Source: an uncultured Chloroflexia bacterium
GTDB taxonomy: Bacteria > Chloroflexota > Ktedonobacteria > Ktedonobacterales > JADMIN01
Reading direction: 5' to 3'
NCBI GenBank assembly: GCA_963718915.1
Contig: CAVRAI010000009.1
Location: forward strand, 240,001-272,000
Length of the DNA: 32,000 nucleotides
Part shown: positions 24,456 to 32,000 of the stretch, piece by piece
How positions within the stretch are numbered: the stretch's first letter is position 1
Layout of the letters: each line of letters opens with the position of its first letter
Notes under the pieces: generated by a model
Database searches by the model: none
Seen by the model: the letters and a program-made list of their open reading frames with translations, nothing else
What the model was told of the DNA's origin: nothing
Position numbers and translations under genes: made by a program

Positions 24456-25052
24456 TCAGGGAGCGACCGGCACATCATCGACGACATCGAAGGTAGGCCG
24501 CAGATACACGCTGTCGTAGCGCCCCCAGGCGCTATCAGCGCTCAGATTTGCCCAGACGACGTGCGCCGCCGTGGCCGCATCGAGTACCGCGGAACCATAG
24601 GGCTGGGCAATGATATCGGCATACTCATCCTGAGTCGGCCCGAACACCATCACCTTCGCCTCTTTGAGCGTGACGCCACTTTCCCACATCGCCTGCTGCT
24701 CGCGCAGGCTGATCGACTTGGTCAATTCCTGCGCCGCGCTGATCTGTTGATCGGTAAGCGGCACAGCGCCTCCGACTGTGACTGTGACCGTCACGCTGGC
24801 GGCCTGGGCGTCGTAGACCGTCTGCGCTGATTGCGCTGATTGCGCCAGATTGCCACCAATAGCGTCGCACGCACGCCGGGCAAGCATGTCCTGGGTTGCC
24901 GTGGAGGCGGCCACCGGGCATCCGGCCACGGTCTTGCTGGCGTGCTGGCCAGGCGCGCTGTTTGTGCTGGCGCAGGCCGCGAGACTGCCAAGAACGATGA
25001 GAACAGCTACGAGAGCCACACGTGCGCCACTGATACGATGAGTGCTGCCCAT
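24456..25052 (-). CDS. Hypothetical secreted lipoprotein
   Basis: Signal peptide with lipobox 'VLIVLGSLAACAS'. 198 aa. Contains an in-frame 9-bp tandem duplication (gattgcgct x2, around 24828-24845) encoding SAQSAQ. No recognisable domain. Confidence 0.72.
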   Translation of the reverse strand: MGSTHRISGARVALVAVLIVLGSLAACASTNSAPGQHASKTVAGCPVAASTATQDMLARRACDAIGGNLAQSAQSAQTVYDAQAASVTVTVTVGGAVPLTDQQISAAQELTKSISLREQQAMWESGVTLKEAKVMVFGPTQDEYADIIAQPYGSAVLDAATAAHVVWANLSADSAWGRYDSVYLRPTFDVVDDVPVAP

Positions 25053-25483
25053 ACAATGCCATACCTTCCCAGCTCATAGTGGCGCATCCCTGCGCGAGCC
25101 AACAACCACGCCTCTTCGCACGTGGTGTACAGACGTTGTCCACAACGTATCGGCTCAACGACATGAGAAGCAAGGAGCTATTTCAAAACTCATAGCTCGA
25201 CAATATACGCCGCGAAACTACATCTACCGATGAGCAGTCGCCCGACCAAAAGCAGAGGAACCATACTATTTACGGCGTTCCCAGGTAGATCGAATTCTGA
25301 AATAGTGTGTGAGAATCTGGGTGATACGGTGCGTATTTCCATGTAGACCCCACGCGCACACCATCAAATCTGCTGAGTTATGGTGAGCAATTATGCGGAG
25401 AAGGTTCGGCGCTTTGTCATGGGCTTCTTTCAACGGAAGCGACCAACGTCCCAGTTGTTGACTGGTGGAAGTGCAGGAGGCAT

Positions 25484-26749
25484 ATGTATCACTCAGGCGT
25501 ACAACGCATCATGACACGCGGCGGCTTCGTCGCCATCGCACTCTTATCGCTGGGCCTGGCGGCCTGCGGCAGCAGCGGCAGCAGCAGTAGCGGCAACAAG
25601 GCCCTCAAAATCGGCACTGAGTTGCCTGTATCCGGCACCGACGCGGCTGTCGGGCTACCAACACAGTATGGCGCTGACCTGGCCGTGCAGCAGAACAAAG
25701 ACCTCGGCAGCGGTTACACATTGACCATCGTCCACAAGAATGACGAAGGCACCAGCGGGCCAGATCCGTCGATTGGCGCAGCCAACATCCAGCAGTTGAT
25801 CGCCGACTCCTCGGTCATGGCAATCGTTGGCCCGTTCAACAGCGGCGTCGCCAAGCAGGAAATCCCGATTGTCAATCAAAACACTATCGTCACTATCAGC
25901 CCAGCCAACACCAACCCTGGTCTGACCAAGGAGCAGTTCGCCCAGGCCAACGGCATCAACTTCGCCCTGCTGCACCCGGCAGGCAAGCCTGAGTCCTACT
26001 TCCGCCTGCCCGGCACCGATGACATCCAGGGCAAGGTGGACGCCGACATCGCGCTCGCTGCCCCAGTCAGTGCGACGACTGCGTATGTGATCGACGACAA
26101 CACCACGTATGGCAAGGGCCTGGCGAATGTCTTCACGACGGAGTTCACATCTCATGGCGGCACGATTGTGGGCAGCACCTCGATCACCCCGGACCAGGTG
26201 AGCAACCTCCCGCAGCTGGCGACGACCATCGTCAGCAAGAATCCCACGGTCGTCTTCTACGGTGGCGTCACCTCTGGTGGCGGCGGCGCGCTGAAGAAAG
26301 ACCTGGTGGAGAAAGGCGGCAACATGCCCATGGTCGGTGGCGATGGCATCGCCGATGACCCCGCCTGGATCACCACTGCGGGCGCGGCAGCGGTCAACAC
26401 CTACGGCACAGTCGCGGCCCCTGATATCTCGGGCCTGACCTCGGCGACGGCGCAGACGTTCATCACGGCCTACAAGGCGGCGTTCCCCGGCAAGGACCTC
26501 TTGCCGTACAGCGCCTCGGCCTATGACGCGGCGATGGTCGAGATCACCGCGATCAAGAATCTGATTAAAGCAGGTAAGACGGTCACTCGCTCAGCCGTGC
26601 GTGACGAGGTGGCAGGCATCTCCTATGATGGTGTCACCGGCCACATCTCCTTCGACGCCAACGGCGACAACGCCGGCCAGAAGGTCTTCAGCGTCTACGG
26701 CGTAGGCAGTAACGGCCAGTGGGGCTTCGTGAGGCTGATTAACGCATAG
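25484..26749 (+). CDS. ABC transporter substrate-binding lipoprotein, LivJ/LivK-like (branched-chain amino acid type, Peripla_BP_6)
   Basis: Lipobox 'LSLGLAACGSS'. 'LKIGTELPVSGTDAAVGLPTQYGADLAVQQ', 'IVGPFNSGVAKQEIPIVNQ', 'YVIDDNTTYGKGLANVF' match the type-I periplasmic binding-protein pattern. The start is uncertain: ATG 25484 is only 3 nt after AGGAGG, and ATG 25511 is the alternative. Confidence 0.87.
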   Translation: MYHSGVQRIMTRGGFVAIALLSLGLAACGSSGSSSSGNKALKIGTELPVSGTDAAVGLPTQYGADLAVQQNKDLGSGYTLTIVHKNDEGTSGPDPSIGAANIQQLIADSSVMAIVGPFNSGVAKQEIPIVNQNTIVTISPANTNPGLTKEQFAQANGINFALLHPAGKPESYFRLPGTDDIQGKVDADIALAAPVSATTAYVIDDNTTYGKGLANVFTTEFTSHGGTIVGSTSITPDQVSNLPQLATTIVSKNPTVVFYGGVTSGGGGALKKDLVEKGGNMPMVGGDGIADDPAWITTAGAAAVNTYGTVAAPDISGLTSATAQTFITAYKAAFPGKDLLPYSASAYDAAMVEITAIKNLIKAGKTVTRSAVRDEVAGISYDGVTGHISFDANGDNAGQKVFSVYGVGSNGQWGFVRLINA

Positions 26750-26768
26750 AGGCCTCAAGCTACCACCT

Positions 26769-26867
26769 ACCCCCTCCCGTTGGGACGCTGGCGCTGTGCG
26801 TGCTTGACGCACGCTCCGAGGCTAACGCCTCGCGCACCAGCCCCGGCGCCGGGAGGGGGTGATTTTT
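26769..26867 (+). terminator. Multi-stem structured element closed by an 11-bp G/C stem and followed by T5; contains dual-hairpin repeat copy B
   Basis: accccctcccg (26769-26779) is the perfect reverse complement of cgggagggggt (26850-26860), and ttttt follows at 26863-26867. Three local hairpins lie inside: gcgtgc/gcacgc (26798-26814), cgaggc/gcctcg (26817-26832), and the palindrome ccggcgccgg (26843-26852). The element starts 20 nt after the binding-protein stop. Confidence 0.5.
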
Positions 26868-26880
26868 GCCAGTGCGTCCG

Positions 26881-28152
26881 CTATCCCTCGACGATCTCGT
26901 GGAGCGCGGTCAGCAGCCGGTCTACCTCTTCGGCGGTATTATAATGGGCCAGGCCGATGCGGAGCGCCCCGCCGGACTCCTCCAGCCCCAGCCGCTCCAT
27001 CAGCGTGAGGGCGTAGTAGTTGCCGTCCCAGCAGAAGATGCCGCGCTCGCCCAGCGCCTCCGCCAGCTCGCGTGGCGAGTGGCCCTCGATAGTGAGCGCC
27101 ACCGTCGGCACGCGCCGCGCCAGATCAGCCGTGCTCGCCAGCCCGTAGATATGGGCGCCCGGTAGTTCGGCCAGCCCGGCCAGCAGTTGTCGCGCCAGCG
27201 TCTGCTCGTATGACTGGAGCGCCGCCATCGCCACGTGCAGCGCCCGCGCGCGTCCGGTCATCTGGGGGAACTGGCTGGTTGCGCCATCCTCGTTGGCATG
27301 GCCCAGCGTCTCCAGATACCTGAGCGTGCCGACCAGCCCCGCGAGACACTCATGGTTCTGCGTGCCGGTTTCCCATTTGCCCGGCGATACGTCATCCGAC
27401 GGGCGCACTTTGTACGCGCGCAGGCTCTCCAGCAGCGGCAGCCGTCCGTAGACGATGCCGAGATGCGGCCCGAAGAATTTATACGCGCTGCACGCCAGGA
27501 AATCGCACCCCAGCGCCTGCACGTCGATTGGCCCGTGTGGCGCGAACTGCACCGCGTCGATCCAGGTGAGCGCGCCGACCTCCTTCGCCCAGCCGATCAC
27601 CGTCGCCACGTCGTTGATTGTGCCGAGCGCGTTCGAGGCGTAACCCACCGCGACCACCTTCGTCTTCGGCGTGATCTTCGTCCGCAGGTCGTCCATATCG
27701 AGCGTCCCGCTGGCAATGTTGACCTCCGCCATGCGGACTGTGCAGCCGCGATCCTCGGCCAGCGCCAGCCACGGCGCGACGTTGGCGTCATGGTCGAGCG
27801 CGGTCACGACGATCTCGTCGCCCGGCTGAAGCGTCCGCCCGATGGCGCGACTCATCGCGAAGGTGAGCGTCGTCATGTTGGGGCCGAAGACGATCTCATG
27901 CGGGTCGGCGGCGTGCAGCAGATCCGCCATCGCCGCGTGCGCCTCAGTCAGCATCGCGTCGGTGCGCGCGCTGGTGAGGAAGGCGCCGTGATTGTTGGCG
28001 TTGGCGGTGGTCAGATAGTCGGTGATGGCGACGATACACTCGCGCGTCACCTGTGTGCCACCGGGATTGTCGAAAAAGACGACTGGCTGGCCGTTCCGCT
28101 CCAGCGCGAGCGAGGGGAAATGCTGACGAACCTGCGCGACATCGAATGTCAT
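26881..28152 (-). CDS. Aminotransferase class V-fold PLP enzyme, cysteine desulfurase family (SufS/CsdA-like)
   Basis: Start at ATG 28152 (MTFDVAQVRQHFPSLALERNGQPVVFFDNPGGTQV). The 39-aa extension to 28269 looks non-coding. 'VVTALDHDANVAPW', 'WIDAVQFAPHGPIDVQALGCDFLACSAYKFFGPHLGIVYG' (PLP lysine in SAYKF), and C-terminal 'ALRIGLAHYNTAEEVDRLL'. Confidence 0.9.
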   Translation of the reverse strand: MTFDVAQVRQHFPSLALERNGQPVVFFDNPGGTQVTRECIVAITDYLTTANANNHGAFLTSARTDAMLTEAHAAMADLLHAADPHEIVFGPNMTTLTFAMSRAIGRTLQPGDEIVVTALDHDANVAPWLALAEDRGCTVRMAEVNIASGTLDMDDLRTKITPKTKVVAVGYASNALGTINDVATVIGWAKEVGALTWIDAVQFAPHGPIDVQALGCDFLACSAYKFFGPHLGIVYGRLPLLESLRAYKVRPSDDVSPGKWETGTQNHECLAGLVGTLRYLETLGHANEDGATSQFPQMTGRARALHVAMAALQSYEQTLARQLLAGLAELPGAHIYGLASTADLARRVPTVALTIEGHSPRELAEALGERGIFCWDGNYYALTLMERLGLEESGGALRIGLAHYNTAEEVDRLLTALHEIVEG

Positions 28153-28491
28153 GAGGGTGCTATCTTCTGCCAGGATAGGCGGCCTGCGCCGCCGTGCGAA
28201 TATGTCCCTCAATTGTAGCGCACACCAGAAGAGGCCTTCCCGTTTTGGTCCGAGAAACAGCCACATCATCGAAATGGACGTCTGCCATCACTACGCCAGA
28301 GAATTTTGTGCTTCATATCCCCGCCATCATCGGGCACAGGGTAAGAGATATGAACGCCTTGGTTTATTTCTATCGAGAAGGCGTCCATTAGCACCCTATT
28401 GCGCGAACAGATGAGTTATGATAATCTCCGCTCAGACACGACTGTGTTTCCATGTTTGTCGTTACGTGTGTTTACCTGGAGGAGAGCAACA

Positions 28492-29679
28492 GTGCCCAAT
28501 CTATCAGGTCTACAAGCATCGCTGGGAACAGTCACAGACATACTCGGCAAGGTCGCTATAGTATTTACTGCCGCGATTGTCATCATCACATTGATCAGTC
28601 CAGCCCTGGCAGGGCGGATGCTGGGGTGGTGGTATCGCAGGGTCGCGATCAGAGAACGATTTGAGGCGGCGGCAGCGGCGGCAGCGGCGGCACATCCATC
28701 ACCTACATCACCCGCCACAGCCAGTACTCAGCAAGCCACAACGACAGCGAATGCCAGTGCGATCGCGGCGCCTCCACCCACAACGCCCCAAGTACACGCA
28801 CCGCTGCCCCCATTCCCAACACTGCAGCCACAAGCGCCTGTGCTCCCGATCCGACAAATGCCCCCATCACCAATGCCCGTGCGTCAGTGGCCGCCGACAG
28901 CGCCCGCAACTCCGCCAGCAAGCGCGCCAGCGCCGAAACAAGTTCAGGCGCCTGGCGCCGTATCGGTTGCACGGCTACGTGTGCCGCGATACTGGCGTGC
29001 GTGGTGGCTGGCCCTGGCCGTCGAAGTCCTCTCCCTCACAGCCTATGTAATTGCGTTTAGCACGGTTAACACGTCAGAAGCATTTTGGTTCTTTGGCGCA
29101 TTCTCTTTTGCTTTGAGCGCTTCCCTCATGCTGGCCATCTGGGCCGTCAGTACGGCTGTGAGATTGCGCGGTTATAGATGGGCATGGGGAATCGGCATTA
29201 GCACGCTGGTCCTTTTGTTTCTCGGTCCATTGGCCGTACTGCCAACACTTGTCTTCACAATCATCGGTCCTGTGCCTGCCACTGGCAGGTTCATGGCAAG
29301 CCATCCTCGATTTGCATGGGTTGCCTTCGCGACCGCCACTATCTCCCTGCTTGGTTTTGAGGTGATAGCTATCGGGCTTGGCATCCTCGGCATATCTGAG
29401 ACTTTTAGCGACGCAACTGGACAAGCCACAATTACAGATCCAGCATCATACGCCACAGGGAACACCATAGGCGAGATCGGCCTTGCCATTTGGCTCCTTG
29501 CTCTGCTTGTCGCACTGGGCCTTAACATTTGGGCATTCGTCAATTCGCTCATTCTGAGACGCTGGGGTTGGGCCATCACGTCGCTAGTGCTTGGGTATCT
29601 TCCATTTGCTTTCAATGGGCCAACAACTCGACCCGCGCCCGCTCAGATTCGCGCTGCTGATCCAGTGGGCCATCCGTAG
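28492..29679 (+). CDS. Hypothetical polytopic membrane protein with poly-Ala and Pro-rich linker
   Basis: GTG 28492 with GGAGGAG (28478-28484) 7 nt upstream; the track ORF starts at 28399. One N-terminal TM segment, then A8 (a GCG/GCA repeat around 28666-28692) and about 100 aa of P/A/T/Q-rich sequence. About 6 TM segments follow (WWLALAVEVLSLTAYVIAF ... ITSLVLGYLPFAF). No recognisable domain. Confidence 0.7.
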   Translation: MPNLSGLQASLGTVTDILGKVAIVFTAAIVIITLISPALAGRMLGWWYRRVAIRERFEAAAAAAAAAHPSPTSPATASTQQATTTANASAIAAPPPTTPQVHAPLPPFPTLQPQAPVLPIRQMPPSPMPVRQWPPTAPATPPASAPAPKQVQAPGAVSVARLRVPRYWRAWWLALAVEVLSLTAYVIAFSTVNTSEAFWFFGAFSFALSASLMLAIWAVSTAVRLRGYRWAWGIGISTLVLLFLGPLAVLPTLVFTIIGPVPATGRFMASHPRFAWVAFATATISLLGFEVIAIGLGILGISETFSDATGQATITDPASYATGNTIGEIGLAIWLLALLVALGLNIWAFVNSLILRRWGWAITSLVLGYLPFAFNGPTTRPAPAQIRAADPVGHP

Positions 29680-29791
29680 AGCATCATTGGCAAACAGGCG
29701 CTGTTTCCCTTTTGGAGTCCGGCGCCATCCCGCAGGCGCCGCAGTCACAATGCTTGATGGATACCCTAGATACAGCCAGCGCGCAGCGCGA

Positions 29792-30135
29792 CTAGCTCAG
29801 AATCAGTATCACAATGGCCAGGATGAAGGGCAGCAGGGCGATGAAGGAGAGGATAACGCCAGCGCGCGCCATCTGGCGCCGCGAGACAGAGCGCCACCCC
29901 GCGATGGAGAGAATCAGGCCTACCAGCGCCACAGGGCAGGCGGCGATGAGCAGCAACAACAGCACACTGAGGGCTTTGGGCCGGGGCCTTGCCCGCGACC
30001 TGCGAAGGCGCTGAATAACGAGAAGCTGAAGAAGGCAACGGCGATCAGAGAGGCCGTGCAACTGGCGAGGCCGCAGACGAATCCGACAAGAGCGGGGCCA
30101 GCGCCCTGGTCACGCTGCGGAACGGGATAACCCAT
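29792..30135 (-). CDS. DUF4190-like small membrane protein, readable only with a -1 frame change at 29974-29980 (pseudogene, sequencing error or programmed frameshift)
   Basis: ATG 30135 with GGGAGG 7 nt upstream encodes MGYPVPQRDQGAGPALVGFVCGLASCTASLIAVAFFSFSLFSAFAGRGQGPGPK. The -1 frame continues ALSVLLLLLIAACPVALVGLILSIAGWRSVSRRQMARAGVILSFIALLPFILAIVILILS* with its stop at 29792. The zero frame instead ends in an implausible ...SVCCCCCSSPPALWRW* at 29920. The ORF track shows the two halves as 29920..30150 and 29792..30061. Confidence 0.5.
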
Positions 30136-30339
30136 CACTTGACCTCCCAATCTGATAGCGGATAATGCCTGGCTATCATAATCTCGCTGTCCCTATGACG
30201 GAAAATGATGGCTCTGTTGTTGCCAATTCGCGCACAAGCAGGGATAATAGCAGCCAGCGAGAGCGATGCTCGGCAAACGGCGAATCCAGCCTGGAAACGC
30301 TCGCCTGCCCTTTGTTCCAAGGCCGCCAGCGGAGGTAGT

Positions 30340-31272
30340 CTACCGAAGATATTGGGCGAAGAAGGCCAGCACTCGTTGTTGGTATTCGCCTGGATGAGCC
30401 GCCAGCGCGCCCGCATGGCCACCACTCGGCGCGATCCACTGCTGCCTTGGCTGGCCAGCGGCCGTATAGAGCTGCGCCTCCCCCGTGAGCGGCGTGGTGG
30501 TGTTTCGGTCGTCCGCTGAGTGGATGAGGAAAATGGCACGCGGCGCGATCTTGCCGATGACAGCGCGCGGACTGGTAGCTTCGAGCCGCGCGCCAATCAA
30601 TGCGTCCACCAACGCTGGCTCGTAGGGCAGCACTGGCAGTGAAAAACGCCCAACGGGCACGCTGCTCATGCGGTCGAGTTGGGGGCGCTCATCGGCCCAG
30701 GCGCTATCGGCCACCACCGCGACCAACGCAGGCTCGCGCGCCGCCGCCAGCAGGACAACGCCCGCCCCTAGCGAGACGCCCAAGGCGCCATAACGCTTGT
30801 TCGTGAGGTCGCTACGGCTCTCCAGGTAGCGCACCGCGCCGATGACATCGTTTGGTTCGGTGGCTCCAAGACCAATGCCCCAGCCATCACTCTGGCCGCA
30901 GCCACGGTCATCAAAGAGCAGCACGTTATAGCCTGCCGCGTAGAGAAAGCGCGCCCACGGCAGCATGCTTACCCGCGTCGCCTTGAAGCCATGTACCAGG
31001 ATGACCGTCGCCGCGTGTGGGTTAGCGATGGCCAGCCAGCCCCGCAGCCGCACGCCATCACTGGCGGTGAAGCTGACATCTTGCGTCGGGATGCCCGCCT
31101 GGGTGGCTATGGAGGCATTGGGCACACTCCGCGCACTGCCATTGTAGACCAGCGTAAACGCTCGCATCGCTGGCAGCAAGCCCCATGTGAGCAAGGCAAG
31201 CAGCGCTAGCGTTCCCGCAACGACGATAAGTCTGCGCCGCCTATGCGCGAGCAACTTCTCCATGCCAGCCAT
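30340..31272 (-). CDS. Alpha/beta hydrolase, membrane-anchored
   Basis: N-terminal TM segment 'LIVVAGTLALLALLTWGLL'. 'ATVILVHGFKATR', nucleophile elbow 'GALGVSLGAG' (G-x-S-x-G), 'FLIHSADDRNTT', and C-terminal 'GGHAGAL' (His of the triad). The start may be ATG 31272 or ATG 31263. Confidence 0.88.
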   Translation of the reverse strand: MAGMEKLLAHRRRRLIVVAGTLALLALLTWGLLPAMRAFTLVYNGSARSVPNASIATQAGIPTQDVSFTASDGVRLRGWLAIANPHAATVILVHGFKATRVSMLPWARFLYAAGYNVLLFDDRGCGQSDGWGIGLGATEPNDVIGAVRYLESRSDLTNKRYGALGVSLGAGVVLLAAAREPALVAVVADSAWADERPQLDRMSSVPVGRFSLPVLPYEPALVDALIGARLEATSPRAVIGKIAPRAIFLIHSADDRNTTTPLTGEAQLYTAAGQPRQQWIAPSGGHAGALAAHPGEYQQRVLAFFAQYLR

Positions 31273-31350
31273 CCTTCCCGCAATCTCCTACACATTCGAC
31301 GACTCCATCTGAATGACGGATACTGGTGGCTTTTCTGTTGCCCTATTCAT

Positions 31351-31379
31351 TTATTGATGCTGAATGAGTAGCGGATAAT
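31351..31379 (+). promoter_or_regulatory. Candidate sigma-70-type promoter (TTATTG-N17-GATAAT)
   Basis: -35 TTATTG at 31351-31356, a 17-nt spacer, and -10 GATAAT at 31374-31379. About 100 nt upstream of GTG 31482, in an AT-richer divergent intergenic region. Motif match only. Confidence 0.3.
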
Positions 31380-31481
31380 CTGCCAAATGTTCAGAAGATG
31401 TTGCGCTGCCGCTCACTACCTTCTATACTAGCATGGTATCGATTGCGGCCAGAGCGAAGTATAGTTGGGAGGATATCCCCT

Positions 31482-32000
31482 GTGGGACAAGGTAATGATA
31501 GCGGTACCTGGCAGACAATTGCCCGCGTAGGCATTGTTCTCGGAATCATCGCGGCAATAATTACTGTGCTTGCCTTTCTTCGGGAAGTTGGCGCCTCCAC
31601 AGCCGGAGCAGTGTCTGTGACGCCCACAACGAATCAGAATACCGTTAGCGGAAATAAGCAACCTGACTCAACGCCCAGTCCCATCATCGCGCCTACAGCG
31701 ATTCCTACAACCGGGCCCGCTGCCCCCGGAACGATCCTCTACTCGGCCAATTGGTCGTCAGGAATGAACGGTTGGACAGGCTCATCTCAGTGGGCGGTAG
31801 TAAATGGCATGCTGCTGGACAATGGGAGCGGTGGCGCAGGTGGTTTCAACGATGTAGCGACGTTTCCACCATATCAACCCAGTAGTCCTGACTATTCGGT
31901 CGAGGCGCGTATCAGATTAGTGGGCGATTCCGGAGTCACAGGAGAGTTCGGTTTATTCGCGCGTATGACTGATGATGGCCTGAGCGCCTATTCAGGCTGT
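31482..32000 (+). CDS. Membrane-anchored secreted protein, 3' end cut by window edge (possible concanavalin/LamG-like, DUF1080-like ectodomain)
   Basis: Missing from the ORF track because it runs off the right edge. GTG 31482 has GGGAGGA (31467-31473) 8 nt upstream. My translation has no stops through 32000: VGQGNDSGTWQTIARVGIVLGIIAAIITVLAFL (TM anchor), then the P/T-rich linker 'TPSPIIAPTAIPTTGPAAPG', then 'TILYSANWSSGMNGWTGSSQWAVVNGMLLDNG...DYSVEARIRLVGDSGVTGEFGLFARM'. The domain guess is tentative. Confidence 0.7.
   Translation, partial: MGQGNDSGTWQTIARVGIVLGIIAAIITVLAFLREVGASTAGAVSVTPTTNQNTVSGNKQPDSTPSPIIAPTAIPTTGPAAPGTILYSANWSSGMNGWTGSSQWAVVNGMLLDNGSGGAGGFNDVATFPPYQPSSPDYSVEARIRLVGDSGVTGEFGLFARMTDDGLSAYSGC

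Noticed and set aside
23175-24830. 551-aa plus-strand ORF, the longest in that region
   Set aside because: It is antisense to the acyl-CoA dehydrogenase and lipoprotein genes and runs straight through their intergenic gap. It is R/H/L/A/G-rich with no recognisable domain. Shadow ORF.
27235-28218. 327-aa plus-strand ORF. The same reasoning applies to 2106..2918 (+), 6421..7242 (-) and 12657..13304 (-)
   Set aside because: Each is antisense to a gene with clear family motifs (class-V aminotransferase, family-5 binding protein, murD, membrane-protein genes). Arg-rich shadow-ORF composition.
28666-28692. GCG/GCA repeat as a microsatellite or regulatory repeat
   Set aside because: It lies in frame inside a CDS and simply encodes a poly-Ala tract. 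It is noted under the membrane-protein finding, not as a separate element.
30155-30165. 11-mer tagcggataat repeated at 30155-30165 and 31369-31379
   Set aside because: Exact 11-mer coincidences are expected many times by chance in 32 kb read on two strands. There is no extended similarity around either copy.

Overview
High-GC bacterial chromosomal segment. Hand counts on typical coding lines give about 65-72% GC. It is densely coded on both strands, with about 30 protein genes. I recognised no rRNA, tRNA, CRISPR array, transposase or integrase. The taxon cannot be fixed from sequence alone. The gene mix (DegV, ECF sigma with DUF4367-like anti-sigma, many lipoproteins) suggests a high-GC monoderm-type lineage such as Chloroflexota, but that is a guess.

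Gene content from left to right:
- Tail of a peptide-type ABC importer: a permease that runs off the left edge and is missing from the ORF track, plus a family-5 binding lipoprotein.
- ECF sigma/anti-sigma pair 1.
- murD translationally coupled to a Nudix hydrolase.
- A roughly 2.8-kb low-GC islet carrying a Vgb-like beta-propeller lipoprotein and a membrane protein with three tandem Cys-pair domains.
- A second Nudix gene, then rpsT.
- Three overlapping membrane-protein genes ending in an MFS transporter.
- degV, then ECF sigma/anti-sigma pair 2, whose sensor carries a BNR/Asp-box ectodomain.
- A small PLDc_N-like protein, a GH1 beta-glucosidase, a CheY-only response regulator and a spermidine-synthase-like methyltransferase.
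- A HEPN-like/nucleotidyltransferase pair.
- DUF1684, DUF1801, an acyl-CoA dehydrogenase, a lipoprotein, a LivJ-like binding protein and a class-V aminotransferase (cysteine desulfurase family).
- A Pro/Ala-rich polytopic membrane protein, a DUF4190-like gene split between two frames, an alpha/beta hydrolase, and a gene that runs off the right edge.

I did not find a clearly novel multi-gene system. The best leads are:
1. The DUF4190-like gene changes frame exactly at a C_CCA_AAG heptamer.
2. A conserved dual-hairpin element occurs twice, with one compensatory base-pair change. One copy sits inside a multi-stem structure closed by an 11-bp stem.
3. The HEPN/NTase pair is in reversed gene order.
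4. The low-GC islet.

All domain calls rest on motif recognition by eye, not database searches.
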